From: Fistulifera solaris | Lineage: Eukaryota | Reading direction: 5' to 3' | Assembly (NCBI GenBank): GCA_030295235.1 | Contig: AP026133.1 | Span: forward strand, 806,001 to 870,000 | DNA length: 64,000 nucleotides | Shown here: positions 37,461 to 49,854 of the stretch, piece after piece | Layout of the letters: every line of letters starts with the position of its first letter | Numbering within the stretch: position 1 is the stretch's first letter | Made by a program: the position numbers and the translations under genes | The notes under the pieces: model-generated | What the model was told of the DNA's origin: nothing | What the model saw: only the letters and a program-made list of their open reading frames with translations | The model's database searches: none

Positions 37461-37871
37461 TAAAATGCGAATAGAAAATTGCTAAGACTCAATGCGGTTA
37501 CTTACCGGAAATCGGGACTACAGTGCTAGAGTCTGCGTGGGCCTTTATGTGAAAGTACTAAGTTTTTCTGTACCATATGCCAGATAGACCATTTCACGCA
37601 AGCGTACTGTTACGAGGTACGGTAGGAAGTTGCCCTGTCTACCCTGGTACTAAATTTCAGGCGATGCTTTCGTATATTTTACTACGAATCTTCATATTAA
37701 AGATATGGCCTCCCGTTTTGTGTTCGCAATTATTGGACAAGCACTAAGTTTTTTTTGGTTGGGTCTTCGATCTTGCAAACCTCGCATCTTCGCTAGACGC
37801 TCAAGCCTTTTCATAAAAGATCGTTGATCCGTTTTCTATTTTACTAAATTTATTCTCCCCACAAACACATC

Positions 37872-38624
37872 ATGCCAGCCTCGGATATCCTAAAGTTAAA
37901 CAACCACGGAGTGGAAATGCTCCGAGTCGGCAAGTTTGGCATTGCCGAGCAACTATTTCGCCAATGCTTGTTGGGAAGCCTAACAGAGTTCAATCCTTGC
38001 AATCGAATCTCCCATCATCCTTTCTCCTCGGCGGCTGGTATGCAGGCTTCTTTCATTCCACTCGAGCAGCAGCTTGGTCATGAAGAAAACCATTTCGGAA
38101 GCAACACTATTCCCCACACACAAGGACTTTGTTTGGATGAGACTGTTTTAACGATCTACGATGACATTGTTGCCACGCAATCGATTATCTCCGCGATATT
38201 CATTTATAACCTTGGCGTAGTCGATTTGTGCTTCGCTTTCGGACAATCAACTTCTTCGGGGGCACCAAAGATCACGGCGTCAAGAAGAGAGCAACTACTC
38301 TGTCGCGCCCTGTGTTTATTTGAAAAAGCCATTTTCATTCTAGAACGAACGGGGATTGCGGGTGTTACTAACGTGGCCATTGCGGATTTCTTTATGGTGG
38401 CTCTGTACAATAACGTAGGCTGCATTTTAGTTGAAACCGGGCAGTTTTCTGCAGCCAAGGTGGCGTTCAGGAAAGTTACTAGAATGGCGATCGCGCTTCA
38501 ACGCTTTCTGTTAGCGGAAGCTCAAAAGAATCATGGAATAATGGATTGTATGAAAGGCCATCTCGAAAGCTTCACTCTTAACGCGCTGCTGTATCAAGAG
38601 CCCAGTTCAGCATCCGCTGCATAG
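37872..38624 (+). CDS. Hypothetical helical (TPR-like) protein
   Basis: Intact 250-aa ORF with LNN.GV, IYNLG and YNNVG.I motifs typical of TPR-like helices. Confidence 0.75.
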   Translation: MPASDILKLNNHGVEMLRVGKFGIAEQLFRQCLLGSLTEFNPCNRISHHPFSSAAGMQASFIPLEQQLGHEENHFGSNTIPHTQGLCLDETVLTIYDDIVATQSIISAIFIYNLGVVDLCFAFGQSTSSGAPKITASRREQLLCRALCLFEKAIFILERTGIAGVTNVAIADFFMVALYNNVGCILVETGQFSAAKVAFRKVTRMAIALQRFLLAEAQKNHGIMDCMKGHLESFTLNALLYQEPSSASAA

Positions 38625-39066
38625 TATTCAGTGCGCCTTCATCCAGCATCTTAAAAAGCTATAGTTTCATTTTTGTTTCGTTTACCATACAACTGTTTCA
38701 AATGACAGAGCAGATGCGGGCTGTATTTGATCGATTGAGGACGGAGCTAGGACCGCGAATCGTTTATACTCAGCTATGATTAGGTCTTCAGCGCGAAGGA
38801 ATTTCCGGCAAGATTCCTGGCAATTTTCAACTTTATTCGGTATGATTGACTAGCGCAAAGCCTGAGACAGAACGAGCCGCAATGCAGACTGCATTCATAA
38901 CATCTTGGATTTAACTGGCGGGCCCGTAATCATGACAATTGGTTGTAGCATGACCACAAAACAATACCCATATTGGCGTTTCGAGATCTTTTTTTAACGA
39001 CTGCTTGGAAGTAACGTGTGAGAGGGCGCTTGCTTTTCTGCAAGTTTTCTAGTGCGCGCTTTTGTT

Positions 39067-39936
39067 TTACTTGCAGAGATAAGATGTACGGAGCTGATAT
39101 ACTCGGATATAGTCGACCGTCATTTCCATTGGGAAAACCATGGAGGGATCCACAGTGCCGCCCCAACCACCGACGGCGACATTTAAAATGATGAAGAAAG
39201 GATGATTGAAAACCCAAGGATCCGGTGTAAGGGTCGCAAAAGAACGACCATCTAGAAAGAAACGTAGCTCAGTGTCGGTCCATTCCAGAGCATAGACATG
39301 AAAGCCATCCGTGATGCCGTAAACATCAGCATGTTCCGATTGTCCACCGCTATATCCAGGTCCGTGCGCGGAACTTCGTGTCGCGTTGCCGCGCGTTTGG
39401 GGAAAACCATTGCCGTTGAGATTGTAGACCCATTCCATGATGTCAATCTCTCCGCAACCTGGCCATCCGACTGATTCGAAATTCACACCGAGCATCCAAA
39501 ACGCCGGCCACAAACCCGAAGATTGACGCGGAATACGAATTCGAGCTTCAAAACGTCCATATTGAAATTCTCGTTTTCCTTTGGTCAGGAGACGAGCCGA
39601 AGTATAGGCGTTCGTTTCATACTGTTCGTTTCGCACCACAATATGAAGAAAGCCATCTTTAACGAAGCTATTTTCTCGACGATCGGTATGATATTGAAGC
39701 TCGTTGTTGCCCCATCCCCATCCTCCGATATCGTATCCCCAAGATTCCGGATCAGGGGCACCATCTACATCAAATTCATCGCTCCATACTAATTCTATTG
39801 CGTCCTTGCTAAAGCGCGGAAAGTTGCTCCATTGAGACGAGACTTGGGATGCCGTCGTCAACTCGCTTCGATTGATTGCTTCGATTGCAACACAACAGCA
39901 CGATATATGAAGCCACTGCTTAGCTCGAATAATCAT
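39067..39936 (-). CDS. GH16 endo-beta-1,3-glucanase (laminarinase-like)
   Basis: LVWSDEFD, GWGNNELQ, YTSARL, YGRFEARI, WPAFWMLG, catalytic GEIDIME and DYIRVYQ. Intronless with a probable signal peptide. Confidence 0.93.
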   Translation of the reverse strand: MIIRAKQWLHISCCCVAIEAINRSELTTASQVSSQWSNFPRFSKDAIELVWSDEFDVDGAPDPESWGYDIGGWGWGNNELQYHTDRRENSFVKDGFLHIVVRNEQYETNAYTSARLLTKGKREFQYGRFEARIRIPRQSSGLWPAFWMLGVNFESVGWPGCGEIDIMEWVYNLNGNGFPQTRGNATRSSAHGPGYSGGQSEHADVYGITDGFHVYALEWTDTELRFFLDGRSFATLTPDPWVFNHPFFIILNVAVGGWGGTVDPSMVFPMEMTVDYIRVYQLRTSYLCK

Positions 39937-40113
39937 AACCGAAGGCACATGAGTTGCAAAGAAAAGTAGAACAATTTCGTGGACACTTGGTACAATTATG
40001 CAAGAGGATGACGACGGATGCACAGCACTGCAACAGAAGTTAAGATCGTCCACAAGTTCGTGAAACGTGAAACATCCAATCTGGTGTCCGTTGCACTGTA
40101 ACGGAGAGACTCA

Positions 40114-40305
40114 GGGCCATTTCTAACCGGAAGTTTCGTATTCGTATTTTCGCATTTTGCGTTTGTATCCAAGGTTTTACGGAGAAAGTGACAGACGATA
40201 ACTTCTCTATTTTTCATTTCTCTCCCGTTTGGGCAAATTGGGCAAGTGTGGGAGCACGCGAAATACGAAAATACGAAATACGAAACTTCCGGTTAGAAAT
40301 GGCCC
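40114..40305. mobile_element. 192-bp MITE, PIF/Harbinger (Tourist)-like
   Basis: About 50-bp terminal inverted repeats GGGCCATTTCTAACCGGAAGTTTCGTATT...AATACGAAACTTCCGGTTAGAAATGGCCC. 3-bp direct duplication TCA at 40111-40113 and 40306-40308. Confidence 0.88.
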
Positions 40306-40513
40306 TCACCGCCAAATCTCTCGATGGAACTACGCCACGACTGGATTTTATTCCGGAATGAATATAGTGATCTTTCATCTCGTCGCTGCGGCGCGTTGTT
40401 TTCTTGGGAAAAAAAAGACAGAAATCAAATACCTGGTACAATGATGAAACGCTATATTTTTTGAATTGCTTCGCTAACAAACTTATAAATCACATAAATT
40501 GAAAAATGAAACA

Positions 40514-43500
40514 TTACAATTTCTCTTTCGAAGCCCCACGCGTCAAGCGACTGGAAGCACGAGCTACAAGATCTTCCTGACTTTTCTCGCTCAACTCGCC
40601 GTCCTCGTCATCGATCTGCTTTTCGACTTCCGCAAGAAAGCCCTCATCATCCGACAAGGTATCGCTACGGAACATTCGTGAACGTAATGGGACATGGTCG
40701 GCATCTTGAATGTCGTCCAGGCGAACCTGGTGATTGGCGTACTCCGCTGTGTACTTTTCAACCAGCTTTTCGACAACTTGGTGACCTTGAGCTTCCCACT
40801 CGGCGCGGTTCTTCTGGGCATAGTTCAAGTACTCGTCACTGGATACACCAAAGACACCGCATTCCTTCAACTTCTTGGCCAACGGGATGATGTAGAAGTC
40901 AAAGAAACCGATCTCGCCATTGTACCAGAACTCAGACGGATCCTTTTCAGAACGGCCGTTGCGCCACGCATCGTACATTTCGTGAAAAAGACGTTCGTTC
41001 CACTTACGGTAGATATGCCAATGCTGCATAGTATGCGCAATATCGGAAGCTTGAATCAAGTGCTCGATGACGATCGTTGCCTTACGATTGTTGTTTTCGC
41101 GAGAATCAACCTGATTTTCTTCGGCAAAGGCTTTCTCCCAGCGTGCATTACGAAGCGCCTTGAGCTCCTTATCCACAATATCTGTTGCCATCACGGAATT
41201 GACAACGAGCTCACGGAAGTGGCGCATCTCTTCATCGGTCTCGCAGATCAAGTTGCGGAGGTCTTTGTAATTCTTGTGCATCAGCAAGTCCCATGCAATG
41301 TCAACGGAGTTCTGCTCGGCGACTGACTTTCCATCATAAATCTTGGCGACTTCCGCGCCCTCCTTCACCAGCTGAGCATTGGGAACACCAGAATGGTCCG
41401 TGTCGTGGATAAGCGCGGCAAACACACACGCAAACTGGGTCAACGGGTCCGACGTAATGCCATAGGTGTGATCGTGCAGAGTAGCCGCATGGTCCTGGCT
41501 GTTCGCATTCTTCGAATTCACATCAGGGGCGATGATTCGGCTGAGGAGTTTTACAACAGACATGGTTACGTGAGATGCATGCTCAAAATTGTGGAATGGG
41601 TTGTCGCGATAAAGGTTGCAACCAGCATCACATAATCACGAAGTTGCTTTTGTGCCGCTTCTCCAAGATCGATACTTTGAGGATCTTCCTGATATTGCGC
41701 TGCCAAAGGGTCGTACTCGGGGAGTTCGATGATCTCTTTCACTTCGTCAATGACAGTGCCACCAGACTTTATTTCGAGTTTAGCAGGTGTACTACTCGAC
41801 ACGGTTCCTCTCAGCTTCTTGATGGCATTGCGATGTGCAACAATCTGGCGGAGGAGACGAGCGAGCACGTCCGAGTTCCAGTCCACCAAGCGTCGCAGCT
41901 TGTCCTCGTCCATATCAGCTTTACTTTTGGCTTTCTCTTCTTTCTTGGCCGCCTTCTCCTGCTCCATTTTCTTGGCTTCTGTCGGACTCATGCTTTCTTC
42001 GCTTTGGCCATCCGATGCACTTGAACCTGTAGGGGCAATGGATGGAGCCTTGACTTCGAGCCAATAGGTTTGCATATCGCCCTTGACCTTTGTTCTGATA
42101 ACATCTTCTCTTTTCCTGAGCCAGTGTCCCTTCCCAGCAGCGTCAAGAAGACTGGCGGTTTCGGTAGATAGGTGAATTCGGTTTCTTGAACCAGAACTTT
42201 CGATCTTCGAAGCTGTATTGACAGTGTCACCAAATAGTTGGAACCGAGACTTGTCACCACGCAAAACACCTGCGGTGACAGGTCCACTATGCAGTCCGAT
42301 TCGCATGGAAAGATCACCGGTATCTGGTCCAAGTGTCAGCTCCAGTTTCTTGGTCAGATCATTCATCCTGTGAAGACAGTCACGAGCAAAGCGAGCCATG
42401 ACCACAGCATGGTCTTTGCGAGCCTCGGGCAGACCAGCAACTGCGACGTAACAATCACCAACTGTCTCGACCTTGAACACCCGTCGGCTGCGCGCAATCT
42501 CGTCGAATGCGTGGTACACAGTCTCAAGGAGTGAGAATACTTGCGTAGGCTCTCGCACACTTGACCATGCAGTGAAGCCTGTAATATTGAAATATCAAAG
42601 TGAGTCAATGGTCAGGTATTATGCGGATATTCTGGTCCAAAGTTCAGCCGTGTACGTACCAACAATATCTGCAAACTGCGAAAGCGATAGATACGTAATA
42701 GTTGTTGAAGGGTGAGTCGACTGAAATGTAAATGATGACTTTGCTTTGAAGGTTCAACAATCAACGTACCATGACTGTCGCGTCGGGGAAGAGGTCTGCA
42801 ATGGGCTTGCTATCAAACGCAGAGTTACCGTTTTCGAGGACGTTGTCATCTTGAACAAAGTCCTTGAGCTGGGCCTTTGCGCCAAAACCAAAGCTTTTCT
42901 TATTCATTTGAACTTGAATTTGCTCATCGGCTTCTTTTAATATTCGATCACGGACGTTTGAAGGGAAGAGAGCTGTAACAATCTTGTTGGTTCGGCGGGC
43001 TGCCTCCACTACCTTTCTTTGCCGAAGTAGCACAAGATAATCGTATAGAAGGAAGACAAAGGCTGTGCACACGAAGACGGACACAACGACGATTGTGTAC
43101 ACAACGGGCTTGCTTGAAAGGTATTCCTCTTCGAAGATCGAAGTCGGGTAGACATGAATTGTGTAGTCGCAACTTTCTTCAGTATGCGCAAATCTCGAGT
43201 GGTCGCCGAATTCAACAGCAAGTCCCATGTAATCATAGTCGGGATCATGGTGGTCTCCGTACCCAAGGAATGAAGCGGCTGGTCCATTGATACTGTAGGT
43301 GAAATGCTGACCACATGTGTTGTCCATCACAACATCAATGCCATTTACTCCCTCTGGGATCATATTTAGAAGTAGCTCATCAAATGGCAAGACGATGATC
43401 AATGATGCAACTACGTCATGGTATGTATGACTTTGACCGTCTTTTGTGAACGAGCCGAACACTGGGTAAATCACATACGTGTGAGGGTGCTCGAAATTAT

Positions 43501-44405
43501 CTTCAATGGCGCCTTTAGTTATGAAAGAGAGGTCAACTGCTTCAGAAAAGACCGGTTGACCAGTTGTCTGCATGGCATGGAACAAGCGCTGAAGAACAGG
43601 GTGCGACAGAATGTCGTAATTCACAATTTGTGTGTCATGAGGGGCAGGACTCTGTTGCCACAGAGGAGCAAAGTATTTGACACCATCCAAACTAAAACCT
43701 TCACCGTTTTGAACCACGCTCGTCCCAGAGTCGCCATCAGCGAAGCGCCACACAAAATCTTCGATGGGTTCATCCTTTTCCTGGGTGTTTTCGGTGAGCT
43801 GGCGTTCTTTCGCGACAGCTAACCCCTCGTCGATCCACTCCTCATTCTGTTGAGCGTATATCTCCCATTCTTCCTTTTCATCCGCACGTACCAAAGGGAC
43901 AAGCGATACTTGCAGTGCTTTTGATAAGATATTGTTATGGTAGCCTCGTAGTTCAAAGTCAGGTACGGTTACTTGAGGCCACGCAGCGAAAGAGGCAAGG
44001 GCAAAAGATGTTATTGAAACAGAGAGACTATTTCCAGCTGCTAGAGCACTATTTGCCTCTTGAAGGATGATATTGACAATTTCAACAGCGTATTCGCTGA
44101 ACTGTAGAATCAGAGACTGTAAGCAACGTAGTCAACTTCTGCTCGATATGGTTTCGCAGCAACAAACTTGCCTGATTTTCAAAGTCATCCTCCTCTCCAT
44201 TTCTAGCGAAAACAAATGTCAAACTTCCCACAAGAATAGCCGCAACAAAGATAACAGCGGCCACAATGTATTTGGATCGGGTCACACGGCGCGTGTCGGA
44301 TCGGCCGAACGAACTCGAGCCCGTTGTGCTCGCATGGGACACAGACGGCTCACCAGTTTCCAGGCTTTTAGTATTCAAATCGTCGTCTTCATCGTGATAA
44401 GTCAT
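40514..44405 (-). CDS. Membrane receptor nucleotide cyclase fused to a class I phosphodiesterase (TM-ectodomain-TM-cyclase-PDE)
   Basis: Cyclase FADIVGFT, KVETVGDCY, GLHSGPV.AGV and QLFGDTVNTAS. PDE FHNFEHASHV, IHDTDHSG and QASDIAH. Introns 44102-44171 (GC-AG), 42676-42769 and 42579-42659. Frameshift near 41612. Confidence 0.93.
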
Positions 44406-45384
44406 GATTTGCAAAACAGAAGTTTTTTCACTTTTCGCTTTCAATGTGTTGATAAAAATGAAAGCCATCAACAGCCGAAAACTATCAGTTAGTATCTTGA
44501 AGAGGCAAGAGGCCCGCATCAGAAAGAAGCCAAAAACGCAAGAAAGAAGCCCAAGAGAACACCAAAGAACACTAGAATTTTCAATGCTCAATAGTTTCAT
44601 TGAGGAAAAAGGAGAAGTGTTTCGTAAACAGACCCAAGAATCCTCTCTCCTCTTTCCTCTTGAGGTCATCTTCACGTTTCGCGGTCATTTGTCAATTGTA
44701 CATATCATCGCGTACGGTTGTAACGCTTGAATGGACAGCTGCATGAGTGGCCATACCTGGTAGCGTATTCAAATTGAAACATCTTTGCTTCGGAATGACG
44801 AAAAACCACGTCAACGGTCAAATACAGCTGCAGTAAGGTTTAAGGATTGAATAACTTGCATCATCTCGGGCGGCTGACTTGAGACCAAGCCGACGGTTTC
44901 TCATGTCGAGTTTTCGCATTCGTATTCGGGATTAAAATGTAGACAATGAATGACGAAAGCTTTTGTACCATTGTTCTGAGCTTCTGTTGTTTCGAGCAAA
45001 CACAATACCCCCGGAGTAATTTTTTAAGTTTTAAAGGAAGCTATAGACCCAAAGTGTATGCGCCCTTTTTCACGACTGAATTTCAGTCCTGAATGCAATT
45101 TTCCGCCGTTTTACCTCTGTTCATTCTCCTACATGACAAGCTAAACTTGTTTTCTACATGAAATGAATACCATCCGTAGCAATTTAAATGAGACATTAAT
45201 TTATGTATCGAATTTCGTTGCGCATCATTGTCTTTTAGTATGTTTCCTGTACCTGGTATTGTCCAAAGTGTTGATTCTACCTAACCACGACTGCGTTGCA
45301 GTCATGAACTGAAAGTTTCCGATGCAAAATTTGCGGCCTCGTTGTCGCGTCTTGTATTTATTTTCAAGCTAAACGAGGAGACAA

Positions 45385-47237
45385 ATGAGTTATTATAGTG
45401 CCGTATGCATCTCTCCTTTGCTTTCTTGTCCCTTAGAAGACATTTTCATCCATTACGAGAGGGAACATGATGATCAACAGTTTCTAAGCTCGCTGCAACG
45501 CAAGATCTTGTCGCTAGACAAACACGACGACGAGGATCCAGAAAATGTGATTCCGACACTGCTGATCCGCCCCAGCGACGGCTCTTCAGGCTTGTTTGCT
45601 TACCACAATCCTACAATTAATCGAACCAATCCACCCAATATTCGAGCGACTCGTTTGGCGATGGCTTGTGGCTTGTTTGCGATGCGGTTTCATGGTACCG
45701 TCCTCATCTTTCAACGACCACAGAAAAAAGAAGCTTTCACTGCGGCACAATTGGAAATGGCGTGTTGTGGTAGCCCTGACTTACGGTCCAGCATTTTGTC
45801 TTCGTTAGGAATGAAGAATAGTAATGCTCCTAGATGGCTACTCCAGGCTGCACAGAGCAACTATCACGATCAGGCAGTGGTGCAAAAACTAGCGTCTGTC
45901 ATGCAAAATCGCAACGGAAGTAGTGAAGAAGAGGAAGAAAGTGATGATGAAGTACAAGTTACTAGAGCGAAGCAACAGCCTTGCGGTGACAGAGAACGCA
46001 GGGAGTTTGTTAGTAGCGTACCTTTGTGTTTGCATTGTCGACGACCCGCGAAGGAGCTTTGCCCTGGTTGTCACGGCGTTTACTTTTGCAACGATATGTG
46101 TCGACAAGAAGGGTAAGGCTATTGCTGATCCTTGTTTTCACGCTTTTCCAAAATGATGTTTTCTAACCAAGTGGTGTGCGCGCCTCGAAGGTGGCCGCAT
46201 GAGTGTTTTTGTGCAACGTTCCGTTTGTACACGGGGCGGCGTATCGAGCTGTCCACATTTGATCACATTAATGAATGGGCCAGAAGGCTTGTTGATCGGG
46301 AATTCCAGTTGTCGGTAAATCCTTATGAGCAGTTTCTAGCCGAACATGGCATTACGCGAGAAACTTGTTCCTCCTGGTGGAGGACGGAAATGGACGGCTG
46401 GGCCGGTGGATCCAGTGAAAGTGCCCAAGCAGTCGATGTAACCAAACGAAAGACATACGAAGAAGGCTTCTACCCAGTTACATTTGAGCTTCCAAGAGAA
46501 GAGTCTTTGAACGATAGTATCTACACCACATGGAGAAACAAGAATGAGCTTGGCTTTTGCGACTGCAGTCTTGGCAAGATTACTACCTCCTGAGGGGAAT
46601 CCCCGAATCTAGTATTGTGGCTTTGCTGATGACCTTTCCTCTGACGTTGTACAATCTCATTGTAGAATATGGCCAAGTACCATGTATGGTTGCTCAAATG
46701 CTTGATCGACCATTGCGAATTCACATTGTTGGTGCGGAAAAGGAACTTAATTTTCTGGACATTTTCCGAGAAGTTGTATTTCTGCTTCCCCACGATGTCT
46801 CGCTTCAGCTGGTTTTTGTGGTGCGACAAGATATGATTCCAGAAAAATTGAAATCGAACATGGCGAACGAGCTTGAAATACCCTTCCACGAGCGTCTCGT
46901 AGTTACTTTGGTTGCCGGAACCTATGGCGATTCACTGGATCCTGATTTCGACTGTCATGGTTCACCAGACATCGTAGTCGCCTTCAATGCCGGCTTGTTC
47001 GCATATCCCAGTTGGAGAAATGTTGTGGAATATCTCCATCGGAAGCCATCCGTAATCGGGATGTTTACCGATTATAACGAAATGAGCGGCGCCCAGTGTG
47101 CCAGCCTTGGAGATAGTCGAGAATCCGTTCAGATCAACCCGTTCCGTCAACCTCGTGCAATGCCTGTTTACAGTATGAACTTGCCTCAATTCTCCAATGG
47201 TTTCATTTATGTCTTCAATCCTCAAACATTGGACTAA
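45385..47237 (+). CDS. MYND zinc finger protein with an MSS51-like C-terminal domain
   Basis: CLHC..CPGC..YFC...CRQEGWPHEC across intron 46113-46190, then W.DYY..RG, IHIVGAEKE, FNAG and NPFR.P. Frameshift near 46556. Confidence 0.85.
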
Positions 47238-47317
47238 TCATTGATTTTGACGCTTAGAGCTAGCACACACTAGGTCTCGGTTAAGTTATACAATTGTTGA
47301 CACTAGAGCAATAACCA

Positions 47318-49358
47318 CTAATGTGTTGTTTCCGGAGAAGATGTTGACGACACCACGTTGAGAATAGCTTGGATTGGCCGAAAAGTGAAGAGGACGTCGA
47401 GCACATCATACTGGGGGTCGTCAAGATTGTACAGTGGCACTAAAAATAATGGTGTAGCTTTCTCAGCAACGATGATTTGTTCGTCTTGTTGCGGTTGATG
47501 ATCTCGGATAGCTTGATTGAGAGCCCTTGTTATCAACGCCTCATTCATTTCACCGCTCTTTAACTTGTGAATCATTTGGTTGGAACGTTGTGGGTCGAGT
47601 CGAAGTCGCTTGGAGGGCGAGGCCGTCGATGTGTACTCGTCGCCATGTATGTCGCCTTCTTCTCGACGCTTACGCATTCCTTCAAGTATCCCGTAAAGCG
47701 ATCGACTTACATCTGGTATGTACTTACGGAGTCGATTGGACCGCTCTTTCGCATCCTTAAGAGCGGTCCGTTTCACCAAACGAACTTTGAGTTGCTGACA
47801 ACAAGACTGTATCGCGCGTTTTACGGATTGCTGGATTTCGGTAGCATCATCTCCGATGTATTCCTTCGATGTCCCTTTGAACGGTATTTTGGTACTGACG
47901 ATGCTCACATAGACGCCAATTTTGTCCCGCTTGAAATCAATCTTGTAAGAAGACCATTTGATTTTGCTATTGGCGACGCGCGTTGATACATCCGCGCCGC
48001 TCTCAAACAATAAGGGAATCCGATTGGCGAATCGTACAACTGTAATGCCTTCTTTCATTGTTTTGCCTCCCAGACTGACAGCGGCTTCCACCAAAAAGGA
48101 TGCCCTTCGAAAGCCGCTGGCTTGTCACGAGCCGTGGCAATCAAATCCGGTTTTTGTACGAACTGAATACCCAGATTGAGATTGTATTCTCCCAACGGAC
48201 TCAAGCAACTTCCATCGGGCGCTTTGAAAATTTCCACGCGTTTCAGTAGCTGCACCAACCGAGTAATGTGTGCATCGGTCAATTCTCGCGGATCCATCTC
48301 TTCGTCCACTTCGTTCAACTCTCCGATCAGACGCTTGGCCATCGCCGGACTCACCGAAGCCAGCTCCGTGGACAAGAATTTAACCAGATTCTTGGCGCGT
48401 GTCATTTGAATCAATTGCTGCACAATGATATTGTTGACCGAGGAGGGATGATGCTTGACGGTAGCCGCCGGTGGAGGCATCTGTTCGGAACGACGCTGGT
48501 ATTGCAGTTGTAGATTTCGTTGCGGTTCGGAAATATTCTCGTAATCAAGTTGCAAATACGCGTACGGCGTGATGATCGCTAGTTGCTGAATGTACTGGAC
48601 GATTCTGGATCGATAGGTCGTCCAATTTCCCGCAATCAACAGTTCCATCCGCGTTCCAATGAAGTTTTCCTTATTGGCGTATTTCCTGTGTTCCATGATG
48701 ATGGGTTCATTCTTGGAAATATCAATATCGAGTACGCAAACACTGCAGTGCGTGGGAATGTCCGTCCCCGAGCGTCGATGTGCCGTCTGAATCCGAACCG
48801 GCTGTCCACTCGACTTTTTACTCCAAATCAGAGCCATCTTGGCCCCCAATCCGAATTTTCCGCGCGTCTGCCGCACACCGTATTTGCTCCCCGACAATAC
48901 TTTTCCGAGCAAATGGGGGATCGCGTTGTGTTCCATGCCGCAGCCATTGTCTTGCACGACAATACGAAAATAAGCATCCTGTGAGGCCGTTTTGCGTTTC
49001 TTTGTGGACGATTCGTTCGTTTCTTGCGTGAGTTGTGGTTCGGTGGGTGGCTTTTTGGGAGTCTTGGTTTTCTTTTGAAAGAGTTCTTGATCATTCGCGT
49101 TCTTCCGCGGCGATTCGGCAAGTCCGGCGACTTTATTGAATTCTTTTGCGTGTATTCTGTGACATGAACGGATATTTCCGGCAGAATATTGGCTGATTCG
49201 CAAGCATCGAGTGAGTTTTCCACCAGTTCACGGATGCTCGTATACAAGGATTTGCCGAGATTGTCAAAGCCCGCAATCGCTTGATGTTCAGCGAAGAATT
49301 CGGCGGGGCTTTTTTGTATCTGGACTTCACTTGGTGAAGAATCTTTCGATTTCGGCAT
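47318..49358 (-). CDS. TOP6B: DNA topoisomerase VI subunit B
   Basis: SPAEFF..IAGFDN.GKSLY, RELVENSLDA, DNGCGM, QTRGKFGLGAK, RFANRIPLLFE and PFKGTSKE. Frameshifts near 49145 and 48095. Confidence 0.96.
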
Positions 49359-49596
49359 GTTTTTTTTTGGTTTTAATCTAGTTGTTTTCGTTCGTAAAGG
49401 GTGGACAAACAATCGAAAATGCGGATGAATGAATGCGCGCGTCTAAATTATTTTTGTCTGTCATTGCGGTCGCGATCGAGGCCAGTCAATTGACGGGACT
49501 GCAAGCAAGTTGAGTCGAGGTTTGTTCAAGAATACTCTAATCCTGATAGTGTTCATGCATTGTTTCTTTGTCGGCTCGACTGGCGCTGTCCAACGT

Positions 49597-49604
49597 TTTC
49601 GCGC
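49597..49604 (+). promoter_or_regulatory. Candidate E2F/DP site (TTTCGCGC) in the shared TOP6B/POLE1 promoter
   Basis: Exact match to TTTSSCGC about midway in a roughly 500-bp divergent intergenic region between two DNA metabolism genes. Confidence 0.45.
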
Positions 49605-49854
49605 GCTGGAAAAGTGTACATCTTTGCGGCTATTTTTTCAAACAGAAAATCTCCACCTCCATTCTCCCCAAGGCGCGCTCGAGGCTCGAGCAAGCCAAAG
49701 ATGTGGCGCCCATCCATCGCAAAAAAGCATACCAGGTACTAGGTAACAATGCGCATAAGTTGTTGACTAACACATCTCTGAATAGAAAGAAGAAACAGCA
49801 AGAGACCGGAAACAGCAAGTCAATAGAGCAGCGTTGCCATTCAAGCTTCACAGG

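Noticed and set aside
22119..39936. Sugar-sensing GPCR and GH16 glucanase as one glucan-sensing system
   Set aside because: They are 15 kb apart with unrelated genes between them and share no visible regulatory motif.
40694..42067. Long plus-strand ORFs opposite the cyclase-PDE gene (similar ones lie opposite the GPCR, POLE1 and DMAP1)
   Set aside because: Antisense shadows of codon-biased real genes, with no motifs of their own.
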